Assembly (NCBI GenBank): GCA_043776915.1
Contig: JAYVQT010000034.1
Location: 1-54,581 of the forward strand
DNA from: Minisyncoccota bacterium
GTDB taxonomy: Bacteria; Patescibacteriota; Minisyncoccia; Phycocordibacterales; UBA9973
Reading direction: 5' to 3'
DNA length: 54,581 nucleotides
The notes under the pieces were generated by a model. That model did not search any database and was not told the origin of the DNA. It saw nothing but the letters and a program-made list of their open reading frames with translations. Made by a program: the position numbers and the translations under genes. Positions 1 through 8,251 of the stretch are shown here, piece after piece. Position 1 is the stretch's first letter; each line of letters starts with the position of its first letter.

Positions 1-605
1 CATCTGTAGAGATTCATATCACTCAAGGCGAGCGTCCAATGGCAAGTGACAACAAGTCACTTGGGCGATTTATTCTCGATGGTATTCCGCCTGCCCCTCG
101 AGGTATGCCTCAAGTAGAAGTGACTTTCGATGTGGATGCCAACGGAATCCTCAATGTAAAAGCGAAAGAGAAAGCTTCTGGCAAAGAACAGACTATACGC
201 ATTGAAGCTTCATCTGGCCTTACAGATGCTGATATTAAGAAAATGCAACAGGATGCAGAAGTCCACGCTGAAGAAGATGCGAAGAAGAAAGAATTGGTAG
301 ATGAAAAGAATACCGCCGAGATGATGATTTTCTCTGCCGAGAAATCTCTTAAAGAATATGGAGATAAAATTGAAGTAAGTTTAAAGACAAGTGTTGAAGA
401 AAAAATTACTGCCGTAAAGACTGCAAAGGAAGGCTCTGATATAGATGCTATTAAAACAGCTCTTGAAGCACTGACGACGGAAGTTTCTAAGATTGGCGAA
501 GCTATGAGTAAGGTTACGCCAGAAGCAGGGCAAAATCAAACTCCTGAAGCCCAAGGCGAAGAAATAAAAGAAGCAGAAGTAAAAGAAAATCCAGAAAGTA
601 AATAA
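1..605 (+). CDS. dnaK: Chaperone DnaK (Hsp70), C-terminal part; the gene continues upstream of the window
   Basis: The frame is open from nt 3. The translation [49 protein letters not shown] is the conserved end of the Hsp70 substrate-binding domain, followed by the helical lid and an acidic tail. dnaJ starts 6 nt downstream. Confidence 0.95.
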   Translation, partial: SVEIHITQGERPMASDNKSLGRFILDGIPPAPRGMPQVEVTFDVDANGILNVKAKEKASGKEQTIRIEASSGLTDADIKKMQQDAEVHAEEDAKKKELVDEKNTAEMMIFSAEKSLKEYGDKIEVSLKTSVEEKITAVKTAKEGSDIDAIKTALEALTTEVSKIGEAMSKVTPEAGQNQTPEAQGEEIKEAEVKENPESK

Positions 606-611
606 TTTTTT

Positions 612-1688
612 ATGGCAAAAGATTACTACGAAATATTAGGCGTACCGAAAGGTGCTTCAAAAGATGAACTTAAAAAGGCTTTTCACAAGCTTGCTCATAA
701 GCATCATCCAGACAAGAATAAAGGTGACGACAAGAAGTTCAAAGAAGTGAATGAAGCCTACCAGACTCTATCAGATGACCAAAAGCGCGCACAATATGAT
801 CGTTTTGGTTCAGATGGCCCACAAGGATTTAATCCAGGACAAGGCGGCGGCGGTTTTGGCGGCTTTGACTTCTCTGGTACTCAAGGTGGTATGGAATTCG
901 ACATGGGTGACCTTGGTGATATCTTTGGCGACTTTTTTGGTGGGGGTGTGCGTGGAAAGCAACCAGCGCGTGGGCGCGACATTTCGACTGAGATAGATCT
1001 CTCTTTCGAAGAATCTATTTTCGGGGTGACACGTAAAGTTTTAATTTCTAAACAGTCAACATGCGACATATGTAAAGGTAATGGTGGTAAGCCAGGTACA
1101 AAGTCAGATACCTGTCAGACGTGTAATGGTAATGGACAGATTCGCGAAGTAAAGCGATCGATCCTTGGAAGCTTCTCAAGTGTCCGCACGTGTGATATGT
1201 GTAACGGTACAGGCAAAATTCCGTCAGAAAAGTGTACAGAGTGTCGTGGAGCAGGAATTCTAAAGAAGCAAGAAGAGATCACGATCAACATTCCAGCTGG
1301 TATCAATCACGGTGAAATGGTTCGCATGACGGGTATGGGTGAAGCGATCAAAGGCGGACAGTCTGGTGACTTGTATATTAAAGTGAATGTGAAGTCGCAT
1401 GCAGTCTACAAACGCGAAGGGTTGAACCTCATGATGGATCTGCCAATTAAGCTCACTGATGCACTTCTAGGTATAGGATATGAACTGAAAACGCTTGAAG
1501 GCGCTATTGTGGAAGTTAAAATTCCAGAAGGAATAAATCATAATGAGTTGCTTCGAGTTCGAGGTAAAGGCGTCCCATCTAACCGTGGACGCGGTGATAT
1601 CATCATTCGTATCCAAGTCCAGATGCCAAAAAAACTTTCTCGTAAATCTAAAGAAATAATTGATGAGCTAAAAAAAGAGGGGATCTAA
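612..1688 (+). CDS. dnaJ: Co-chaperone DnaJ (Hsp40)
   Basis: J-domain with HPD ([10 protein letters not shown]), a G/F-rich linker, and four CxxCxGxG zinc-finger repeats ([32 protein letters not shown]). It is adjacent to dnaK. Confidence 0.95.
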   Translation: MAKDYYEILGVPKGASKDELKKAFHKLAHKHHPDKNKGDDKKFKEVNEAYQTLSDDQKRAQYDRFGSDGPQGFNPGQGGGGFGGFDFSGTQGGMEFDMGDLGDIFGDFFGGGVRGKQPARGRDISTEIDLSFEESIFGVTRKVLISKQSTCDICKGNGGKPGTKSDTCQTCNGNGQIREVKRSILGSFSSVRTCDMCNGTGKIPSEKCTECRGAGILKKQEEITINIPAGINHGEMVRMTGMGEAIKGGQSGDLYIKVNVKSHAVYKREGLNLMMDLPIKLTDALLGIGYELKTLEGAIVEVKIPEGINHNELLRVRGKGVPSNRGRGDIIIRIQVQMPKKLSRKSKEIIDELKKEGI

Positions 1689-1701
1689 TCCTCTCTTTTT
1701 T
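1677..1701 (+). terminator. Intrinsic terminator after dnaJ
   Basis: A 7-bp stem gagggga/tcctctc (one G.U pair) with loop tctaa spans the stop codon and is followed by a T6 run. Confidence 0.6.
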
Positions 1702-1702
1702 G

Positions 1703-1730
1703 TTGACGTTTGCACTCAAAAGAGTATTAT
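1703..1730 (+). promoter_or_regulatory. Near-consensus sigma70-type promoter (TTGACG-N16-TATTAT)
   Basis: -35 ttgacg at 1703-1708 and -10 tattat at 1725-1730, 16-nt spacer. It would start a transcript near 1737 that runs into the terminator at 1938-1963. Confidence 0.5.
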
Positions 1731-1838
1731 TCTGTTAAAATATTTTTTCGTAAAACCCACTAAATTTTCACAGAGTAAAAAAATCATATATCTCCTCCTT
1801 ACTAATTTTAATAACAGGAAGATAAAAAGTTATTTGAA

Positions 1839-1943
1839 ATGGTGGTCAGAACATTCAAAAAAGATTTTTCAAATATCACTGTGTCCATGGAAAAATTTCC
1901 TGAATATTATTATATTCAGGAAAAAATAAAGAAAATGCGTTAA
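1839..1943 (+). CDS. Candidate 34-codon small ORF (MVVRTFKKDFSNITVSMEKFPEYYYIQEKIKKMR) inside a promoter/terminator-bounded unit
   Basis: An ATG..TAA frame not in the ORF track because it is under 60 aa. Its stop lies inside the terminator stem. There is no homology and no clear RBS. It could equally be part of a non-coding RNA. Confidence 0.2.
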   Translation: MVVRTFKKDFSNITVSMEKFPEYYYIQEKIKKMR

Positions 1944-1963
1944 CCAAGAGGTTAACGTTTTTT
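1938..1963 (+). terminator. Intrinsic terminator about 85 nt upstream of the arginine decarboxylase start
   Basis: Perfect 8-bp stem cgttaacc/ggttaacg, 4-nt loop, followed by T6. Confidence 0.65.
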
Positions 1964-2034
1964 ATGTTACCTATTTACATATCCTGTGAGTTTGTTATTA
2001 TTCTTTTATTAATATTTACTGCAGGCGAAATGCT

Positions 2035-2043
2035 TGATATAAA
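2035..2043 (+). promoter_or_regulatory. Extended -10 (TGaTATAAA) 5 nt upstream of the speA ATG
   Basis: tgatataaa at 2035-2043; ATG at 2049. It fits the leaderless pattern seen throughout the window. Confidence 0.4.
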
Positions 2044-2048
2044 GAGAA

Positions 2049-3428
2049 ATGACTAAACGTTCGGTTGCTTCCAAGAAGCTCTGGAAAATTGGTGCCACGG
2101 AGTTCAATACTCAATATTTTGATTTTAATAAGGAAGGTGATCTAATTATTAAAGAAGGTCATAATATTTATAATGTTCGCTACATGGCTGAGAAGTTTGG
2201 AACCTCGCTTGAGATCCTCATGCCTTTTGTTATTGAAGAGCGCCTCGAAGACTTCCTCGACCTGGTCCGCGATCTTTCGAAGAAAGTCGGCTACCAAGGC
2301 AAGTTCTTCTATCACTACCCGATGAAGGTGAATCAGAATAAAGAAGTCGTTATGGCAATTGTGGGTGAAGGTGCTCACCTTGAGACATCATCATATAATG
2401 ACCTCTGGCTTGTGAAGAAAATGCTTGAGCAAGAGACATTCAATCCAAATATTCGTATTCTCTGTTCTGGTCCGAAGACTGATAAATATATCTCTCTTAT
2501 TGATGATCTTCAGCATCGTGGTGTGAAGATTTTCCCACTTATCGAAGGTCCGAACGAGCTCAAGTTTCTACAATATTCAAAGTACGATGTTGGTATCCGA
2601 CTTGATATGCCAATTAAGGCAAGTTCATATTGGAATAAGCCGATTGACCGCTTCGGATTCTCAGCGAAAGAAATTCTCTCGATGGGGTCATTTAAGAATC
2701 TGAAAATTTTGCACTACCATATCGGCTCACAGATAGAGAAGCTCTCAGATGTTATTGCCCCAATCAAGTATGCGCTCGATGTGTACTTTAAAATAAAAGA
2801 GAAGAATCCTATGCTCGACACACTTGATATCGGAGGTGGTATGCCAATTCCATATACTCGCTCAAAGAGCTACCCCGTTGATAAATTGATGGAGAAGATC
2901 TTGAAGCTTATCAAATCAGAATCTGAGAAGCGTGGACTACCACAGCCGAACCTTGTGTGTGAATGGGGCCGCTATATCGTGGCGCCAGCACAGATTACAA
3001 TCTTTAAAGTTATTGACACTAAAGCAATTTCAAATAAAAAAAGCCCAGCCAAGAAGTGGTACGTTATCGACGGAAGCTTTATGAACGATCTTCTGGATAC
3101 CTGGGCGATTGGTCAGAAATGGGCGGTATCACCAGCTAATAATAAGAATGATTCAGATTTGAACGAAGTCTGGCTTGCAGGCTCTAGCTGTGATTCTGAT
3201 GACATTTATACAGGAGTGGATGGTACAGTGACTCTTCCTGACTTTAATTTTGATAATGGTGAGAATATGTATGTCGTTGTTTATGATACTGGAGCATACC
3301 AAGATCCATTGGCAGCGCACCATTGTATGCTCTCATCACCACTTAAGCTTATTGTCGAGAATGGGCACATCGTCGTGGCTCGTAAACGTGAGAGTCCAGA
3401 TGATGTCGGTAAAAATTTTGGTTGGTAG
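2049..3428 (+). CDS. speA: Arginine decarboxylase-like PLP enzyme (fold-III Orn/DAP/Arg decarboxylase family)
   Basis: 459 aa. Motifs are PMKVNQNK (PLP lysine region), HYHIGSQ, DIGGGMP, EWGRYIVA and GSSCDSDD (catalytic Cys retained). These are typical of biosynthetic ADC-type enzymes. Substrate not proven. Confidence 0.8.
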   Translation: MTKRSVASKKLWKIGATEFNTQYFDFNKEGDLIIKEGHNIYNVRYMAEKFGTSLEILMPFVIEERLEDFLDLVRDLSKKVGYQGKFFYHYPMKVNQNKEVVMAIVGEGAHLETSSYNDLWLVKKMLEQETFNPNIRILCSGPKTDKYISLIDDLQHRGVKIFPLIEGPNELKFLQYSKYDVGIRLDMPIKASSYWNKPIDRFGFSAKEILSMGSFKNLKILHYHIGSQIEKLSDVIAPIKYALDVYFKIKEKNPMLDTLDIGGGMPIPYTRSKSYPVDKLMEKILKLIKSESEKRGLPQPNLVCEWGRYIVAPAQITIFKVIDTKAISNKKSPAKKWYVIDGSFMNDLLDTWAIGQKWAVSPANNKNDSDLNEVWLAGSSCDSDDIYTGVDGTVTLPDFNFDNGENMYVVVYDTGAYQDPLAAHHCMLSSPLKLIVENGHIVVARKRESPDDVGKNFGW

Positions 3429-3458
3429 AATTACAAATAAGTTTTATAATATTAAGAT

Positions 3459-4490
3459 ATGCAAAATACAAATCTTCCAACACTTCCAACACTAGAATTT
3501 ATTCTTAAAAATTTCAAAAATTTCAACTCTCGTGCTACTCGCGATGCACTGATTGCATATTGGCGCCATACTGAAAAGGGTGGCAAAATGTTCTGGGCTG
3601 TGGCTGGTGCTATGAGTTCTGCTCAGCTGGGTATTACACTTGCGCCAGCAATTCGCGCCGGACTTATCTCTGGGATGTCAGTAACAGGTGCGAATCTTGA
3701 AGAATCCCTTTTCCGCCTTGTTGCTCATCACAGCTATAAAGATTTTCCAGATTACCGTTATTTCACCAAAGAAGATGATACCAAGATTCTTAAAGACCGT
3801 ATGCGTCGAGTGACCGATACGAGTATTCCTGAAGACGAAGCATTTCGAGTAGTTGAGGGTCTTATTGTACCGACATGGAAAGAAGCGACAGAGAAAGGTA
3901 CACGGAAATTCTGGCATGAGTACTTCTATGATCTCATACAGCAAATTGACAAAACGGATCATGAAGGTGATGCGACTGAGTGCTGGTTACTCGCTGCTGC
4001 CGAGAATAATATTCCGATCGTGGTACCAGGCTATGAAGACTCAACGTTCGGTAATATTTTTGCTTCACATGTCAAAATTGGTGAATGTAGTGCCAGCATT
4101 GCTAAGTCGGGTATTGAGTACATGGGTGCGTGGTATGACCAGTATAAAGAACTTTCGAAAGGTGAGGGCGTTGGATTCTTTCAAATTGGCGGAGGAATCG
4201 CTGGTGATTTTCCAATCTGTGTCGTACCATCAATCAAGTACGACCTCGGCGAAGACGTTAAACCGTGGGCTTACTTCTGTCAGATCTCTGACTCGACAAC
4301 TTCGTATGGTTCGTACTCTGGTGCAACTCCAAATGAAAAGATTACTTGGGATAAGCTTACGAAAGAAACTCCAATGTTCGTCGTCGAATCAGATGCGACT
4401 ATTGTAGTACCACTTATGCTGACCGCTCTTCTTGAATGCATAGCTAATCCTGAAGAAGCGAACAAGTTGATTGCAAAATATAGTATATAG
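3459..4490 (+). CDS. Deoxyhypusine synthase (DHS)-family protein, bacterial DHS-like type
   Basis: Colinear with DHS as I remember it: [10 protein letters not shown] ~ [30 protein letters not shown] ~ [31 protein letters not shown] ~ [35 protein letters not shown] ~ [25 protein letters not shown]. The catalytic Lys position is Gly here. Confidence 0.85.
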   Translation: [343 protein letters not shown]

Positions 4491-4497
4491 TCTAAAT

Positions 4498-4532
4498 AAA
4501 AATACCTACACATACCTAGTATGGGTATTTTT
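4498..4532. terminator. Possible bidirectional terminator between convergent genes
   Basis: aaaaatacc...ggtattttt (9 bp, long loop) or an inner atacc/ggtat hairpin, flanked by A and T runs. A weak call. Confidence 0.35.
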
Positions 4533-4534
4533 AT

Positions 4535-5425
4535 TTATTTTAATGTAGCTTTAAACTTATTGGCAATAATCGTATAGACAAGCTGTGCAGCTCCATATTC
4601 GGTTAATACTGAGTCGCGCTGAGGTGCAACTTCGACAATATCAGCGCCGATAAGGTTCTTTTCTTTTATTACTCTTTCAATAAGTTCGATACCATACCAC
4701 CACTCAAGTCCACCTTGGACCGGCGTGCCAGTACCAGGCATGAAGCTTGGGTCGAAACCATCAACATCAATAGTCAGGTAGACATTTTTCGTTGTGATTG
4801 ATTTTAATATATCTGATATATCAGGAATTTTCTTATTATTACCCCATTCGTATACAGTAATATTATTTTTTGGATTGCTAAAGTAGTTATATTCATCCAC
4901 TGAATAAGTGCGTATGCCGACTTGGACAAGCTTGTAGCCGAGCTCATTCCCACGGTGAAGGACGCATGAGTGTGCATATTTTGATGGGTGACTACTATAA
5001 TCTCCATCATTGTCCCGAAGGTCACAATGAGCGTCTATTTGAAGAATAGTTACATCTTTCGGGTCAGTATGCGTGGCGAGAGCTTGGAATAGCCCAAGGG
5101 AGACTGAGTGCTCGCCACCAAGGAGAAATACAAATTTACCTTTTTTTATAAAACTTTCGCAAACTTCTGTAATTTTTGCCAGCGCTTTCTCTGGTGTTAG
5201 CTTACTAATATTACCTAAATCTTTATGAGCTATTTTTATCTTACTATTCGGCTCACATTTAAATGTCCTATCAAAAAACTCTAGCTTTGTATCAAGGCAT
5301 TTAAGTATAGCTTTCGGGCCATGAATTGTACCCTTACGACTTGAAGCCGTCTTCTCATATGGAGCGCCCACTATAACAACATCTGCATCTTCTAATTTTT
5401 TTGTATTAATGATTCCATGAGTCAT
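4535..5425 (-). CDS. Agmatinase-family ureohydrolase (arginase fold)
   Basis: All Mn-ligand motifs are present: GGEHSVS, QIDAHCDL and TIDVDGFDP. I moved the start to the ATG at 5425 (MTHGIIN...), because a TACTAT -10 box at 5432-5437 lies 6 nt upstream. The track's TTG start at 5440 falls inside that box. Confidence 0.85.
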   Translation of the reverse strand: MTHGIINTKKLEDADVVIVGAPYEKTASSRKGTIHGPKAILKCLDTKLEFFDRTFKCEPNSKIKIAHKDLGNISKLTPEKALAKITEVCESFIKKGKFVFLLGGEHSVSLGLFQALATHTDPKDVTILQIDAHCDLRDNDGDYSSHPSKYAHSCVLHRGNELGYKLVQVGIRTYSVDEYNYFSNPKNNITVYEWGNNKKIPDISDILKSITTKNVYLTIDVDGFDPSFMPGTGTPVQGGLEWWYGIELIERVIKEKNLIGADIVEVAPQRDSVLTEYGAAQLVYTIIANKFKATLK

Positions 5426-5431
5426 GTCGAC

Positions 5432-5437
5432 ATAGTA
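5432..5437 (-). promoter_or_regulatory. -10 box (TACTAT) 6 nt upstream of the ureohydrolase ATG
   Basis: The reverse complement of atagta at 5432-5437. The spacer gtcgac then leads to the ATG at 5425-5423. Confidence 0.45.
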
Positions 5438-5478
5438 CAAAAAATAAGCTTATTTTGCAATTAACTAAAGGAAAAACA

Positions 5479-5487
5479 TGATATAAT
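5479..5487 (+). promoter_or_regulatory. Extended -10 (TGaTATAAT) 6 nt upstream of the EamA transporter ATG
   Basis: tgatataat at 5479-5487; ATG at 5494; no SD. Implies a leaderless mRNA. Confidence 0.55.
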
Positions 5488-5493
5488 ACTTAT

Positions 5494-6390
5494 ATGAGTA
5501 CGGAATTACTAGTAGCGATACTTGCAGGTCTCGGAAGTATGATTGGCTGGGGTTTTGCCGATTTCTTTGCTAAAAAAACTATAGATAAGATTGGAGATAT
5601 AAATACTTTGTTTTGGAGTCAACTATTTGGAATTATACCACTTGATATTTTATTCCTCATAAACCCAACAATTCCCGGCAAATTAGCAGGTAATGGTTTT
5701 ATACTGGTAATAATTTTAGGCATATGGAGTGGTTTTTCATATATACCCACTTATATTGCATTCGGAAAAGGTAAAGTAAGTCTAATCAGTCCGATATTTG
5801 CTTCCTATGCAGTACTTGTGGCAATTCTTTCGGCTGTCTTTCTGCAGGAAATAATCCCACTGGGTCGCCAAATAGCTTTTTTTGTGGTGTTTGTAGGAAT
5901 TCTTCTTATCAGCATTAATCTTAAAAATATTTTCAGTCTGAAAAAAAGTAATACAAATACACCACACGAACCAGTAAAAGGCTTAAAAGAAATATTGTTT
6001 TCCGTTATATTTTTTTCGATTTGGTTTATTGCACTAGATAAATTTATTAGCGGCGAGAATTGGGTTCCAATTCTTTTATTGATAAGAATATTTTCTGCTC
6101 TATCTCTTTTTGTATATGCAAAAATTAGAAATATAAGTCTGAGTGTAACGGATCAATCACTTTGGAAATATTTATTGATGATAGGATTGTTCGACGTAGG
6201 AGCATTTTCTGCCACTTCATACGGCTTTAGCCATACTTCATATGTTAGTGTCGTAGCAATGCTTGGAAGTGCTTTTTCAGTACCTACAATTATTCTAGCA
6301 AGAGTTTTCTTGAAAGAAAAAGTAACATTGTATCAGACAGCGGGAAGTATTGTTGTGATTATGGGTATTATGCTATTGTCTTTATTATAG
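5494..6390 (+). CDS. EamA/DMT-family transporter (10-TM drug/metabolite transporter)
   Basis: 298 aa, two internally repeated 5-TM halves and hydrophobic throughout, which is the typical EamA architecture. Confidence 0.7.
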   Translation: MSTELLVAILAGLGSMIGWGFADFFAKKTIDKIGDINTLFWSQLFGIIPLDILFLINPTIPGKLAGNGFILVIILGIWSGFSYIPTYIAFGKGKVSLISPIFASYAVLVAILSAVFLQEIIPLGRQIAFFVVFVGILLISINLKNIFSLKKSNTNTPHEPVKGLKEILFSVIFFSIWFIALDKFISGENWVPILLLIRIFSALSLFVYAKIRNISLSVTDQSLWKYLLMIGLFDVGAFSATSYGFSHTSYVSVVAMLGSAFSVPTIILARVFLKEKVTLYQTAGSIVVIMGIMLLSLL

Positions 6391-6398
6391 ATCAATTT

Positions 6399-7553
6399 AT
6401 GAGAAAAGAACCCCAACAAACAAATAGATTTTTTGAGTTTAATAAAATTAAAAGTTTTAAAAAAGTAACTCCATTCTTTCTTTTCAATAAACAAGCCATA
6501 ATATCGAATCTCAATGAATACAAAAGTTCAATGCCAAAAAATACCGAAATTTGTTACGCGATGAAAGCAAACTCAGAAGAAATAGTTTTGAAAACATTAA
6601 AAGAAGCAGGTGCGAGTTTTGAAGTGGCATCAAAGTATGAGTTGGAATTACTTAAAAAAATAAAAGTTGATCCTAAAAAAATTATTTATGGAACTGCTGT
6701 AAAACCTGCCAACCATATATCAAGTTTTACTAAGTATGGCGTAGATAGATTTGCTTTTGATTCACTTCAAGAATTAGAAAAAATTGCAAAATACGCGCCA
6801 GGTGCTCGTGTGTATTTGCGAGTAATTGTTGATGATAAATCAGACAGCGTTTTCAATATGTCAGAAAAATTTGGTTCCCCGCTCGATAATACAGTTTTCT
6901 TACTCTTGAAGGCTTTAGAATTGAAACTTGTGCCATATGGTATTAGTTTCAACGTAGGATCACAGGCGCGAAACAAACATGCATGGACTAGAGGTATAAA
7001 AGATATATCTCATACAATGAAGGAACTTCAAAAAAAAGGTGTAAAAATTGACGTAATAAATCTGGGAGGTGGTTTTCCATTTAGTTATCAAAAAGGAGAT
7101 GGATTTTCTGGAATAAGAGAAATTGCTAAATCTATAAAATCTTCTATAAAATTTATTCCCCATAAAGTATCATTTATAGTTGAGCCTGGAAGAGGTATTG
7201 TTACAAATTCTTACTGTTTGATTACTAGTATTATCGCTACAAATAAGAGACCTAATGGGAATTGGCTGTATACCGATGCCGGAGTATACAATGCATTACT
7301 TGAAGCTACAAAAGGCCAAGGTAGTACAATGTATAAAGTAATGACAATAAAGCAAGATTCTCATAGATCAAAACAATCGTATGTATTGAGTGGGCCAAGT
7401 GGAGACAATATAGATATTATTAACCCGCATATTTTTCTAGCAAAAAATATACAAGTTGATGATCTAATTATTATCTACGATGTGGGTGCATATTCATTCA
7501 CTCTCGCTACACCTTTTAACGGTTTTCCCGTACCTAAAACGTACTTAATTTAA
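6399..7553 (+). CDS. Second fold-III PLP decarboxylase (ornithine/lysine/DAP decarboxylase-like)
   Basis: Motifs are CYAMKANS (PLP Lys), NLGGGFP, VEPGRGIV, TDAGVYNAL and YDVGAYSF..TPFNGFP. The expected GPTCD catalytic Cys motif reads GPSGD. Confidence 0.8.
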   Translation: MRKEPQQTNRFFEFNKIKSFKKVTPFFLFNKQAIISNLNEYKSSMPKNTEICYAMKANSEEIVLKTLKEAGASFEVASKYELELLKKIKVDPKKIIYGTAVKPANHISSFTKYGVDRFAFDSLQELEKIAKYAPGARVYLRVIVDDKSDSVFNMSEKFGSPLDNTVFLLLKALELKLVPYGISFNVGSQARNKHAWTRGIKDISHTMKELQKKGVKIDVINLGGGFPFSYQKGDGFSGIREIAKSIKSSIKFIPHKVSFIVEPGRGIVTNSYCLITSIIATNKRPNGNWLYTDAGVYNALLEATKGQGSTMYKVMTIKQDSHRSKQSYVLSGPSGDNIDIINPHIFLAKNIQVDDLIIIYDVGAYSFTLATPFNGFPVPKTYLI

Positions 7554-8228
7554 TTATTTTCTAATTATAGGAGCAATCATTGTTTTTGCTTGCCAATATT
7601 CACAATCAGGTGGAGTATCTAGATTACAGATTTCGAAACTAATATTTTCTTTTTTAAATCCTGCTTCAAGTAATTTCTCCATGTGGTTTTCAGAAAAATC
7701 TGTAGCCTCATCAGAATAATAAGTAAAAATTCCACTTGGCTTCAACATCCTAAAAGCCTCTTTGAAAAACCAAAAATGATTTCCATGTACTTCTTCTTCT
7801 GTCAAAGGGTAAGTGTCAAACAATATCCCATCTAAAGATTCATTCGCTATCATCGGAGTGATATCTTCCCAAAAACCGGTTAACAAGTGTAATTTATTTG
7901 ATTCGATTGCATTCTTTTGATCTATAATACATTTTTCGATAACTCCAATATTACATTCAATAATATAGTGATTATCAATTTTTACAGACTGAATTGCATT
8001 AGCTGAAAGTCCAAGGCCATATCCTAACTCAAGGATTTTACCACCATTTTGCGTAGCGATTCTAGCAAGGGTATTCATATAGTTTAGCTCCCAGTCTTCC
8101 ATAACAGGGTGCCCAGCTATCTTTAAGCTGTGTTTATCATATACTGCTTCTTTTTTTATCCAATCTTCCTTTTTAGTTACAAACCCGATGTTTTTTCTTG
8201 TTTCTATGGTGTTTATTTTATTGCCCAT
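7554..8228 (-). CDS. Guanidinoacetate N-methyltransferase (GAMT)/Rmt2-family SAM methyltransferase
   Basis: Colinear along its whole length with vertebrate GAMT as remembered:
- HPVMEDWELNYMNTLA ~ KPVMERWETPYMHALA
- GGKILELGYGLGLSANAIQ ~ GGRVLEVGFGMAIAASKVQ
- IDNHYIIECN ~ IDEHWIIECN
- FWEDITP..LDGILFDTYPLTEEE ~ LWEDVAP..FDGILYDTYPLSEET
- FRMLKPSGIFTY ~ FRLLKPGGVLTY
- LLEAGFKKENI..PPDCEYW ~ LLEAGFRRENI..PPADCRYY. Confidence 0.85.
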   Translation of the reverse strand: MGNKINTIETRKNIGFVTKKEDWIKKEAVYDKHSLKIAGHPVMEDWELNYMNTLARIATQNGGKILELGYGLGLSANAIQSVKIDNHYIIECNIGVIEKCIIDQKNAIESNKLHLLTGFWEDITPMIANESLDGILFDTYPLTEEEVHGNHFWFFKEAFRMLKPSGIFTYYSDEATDFSENHMEKLLEAGFKKENISFEICNLDTPPDCEYWQAKTMIAPIIRK

Positions 8229-8251
8229 ACTATAATTCTATTGGTTAAATC

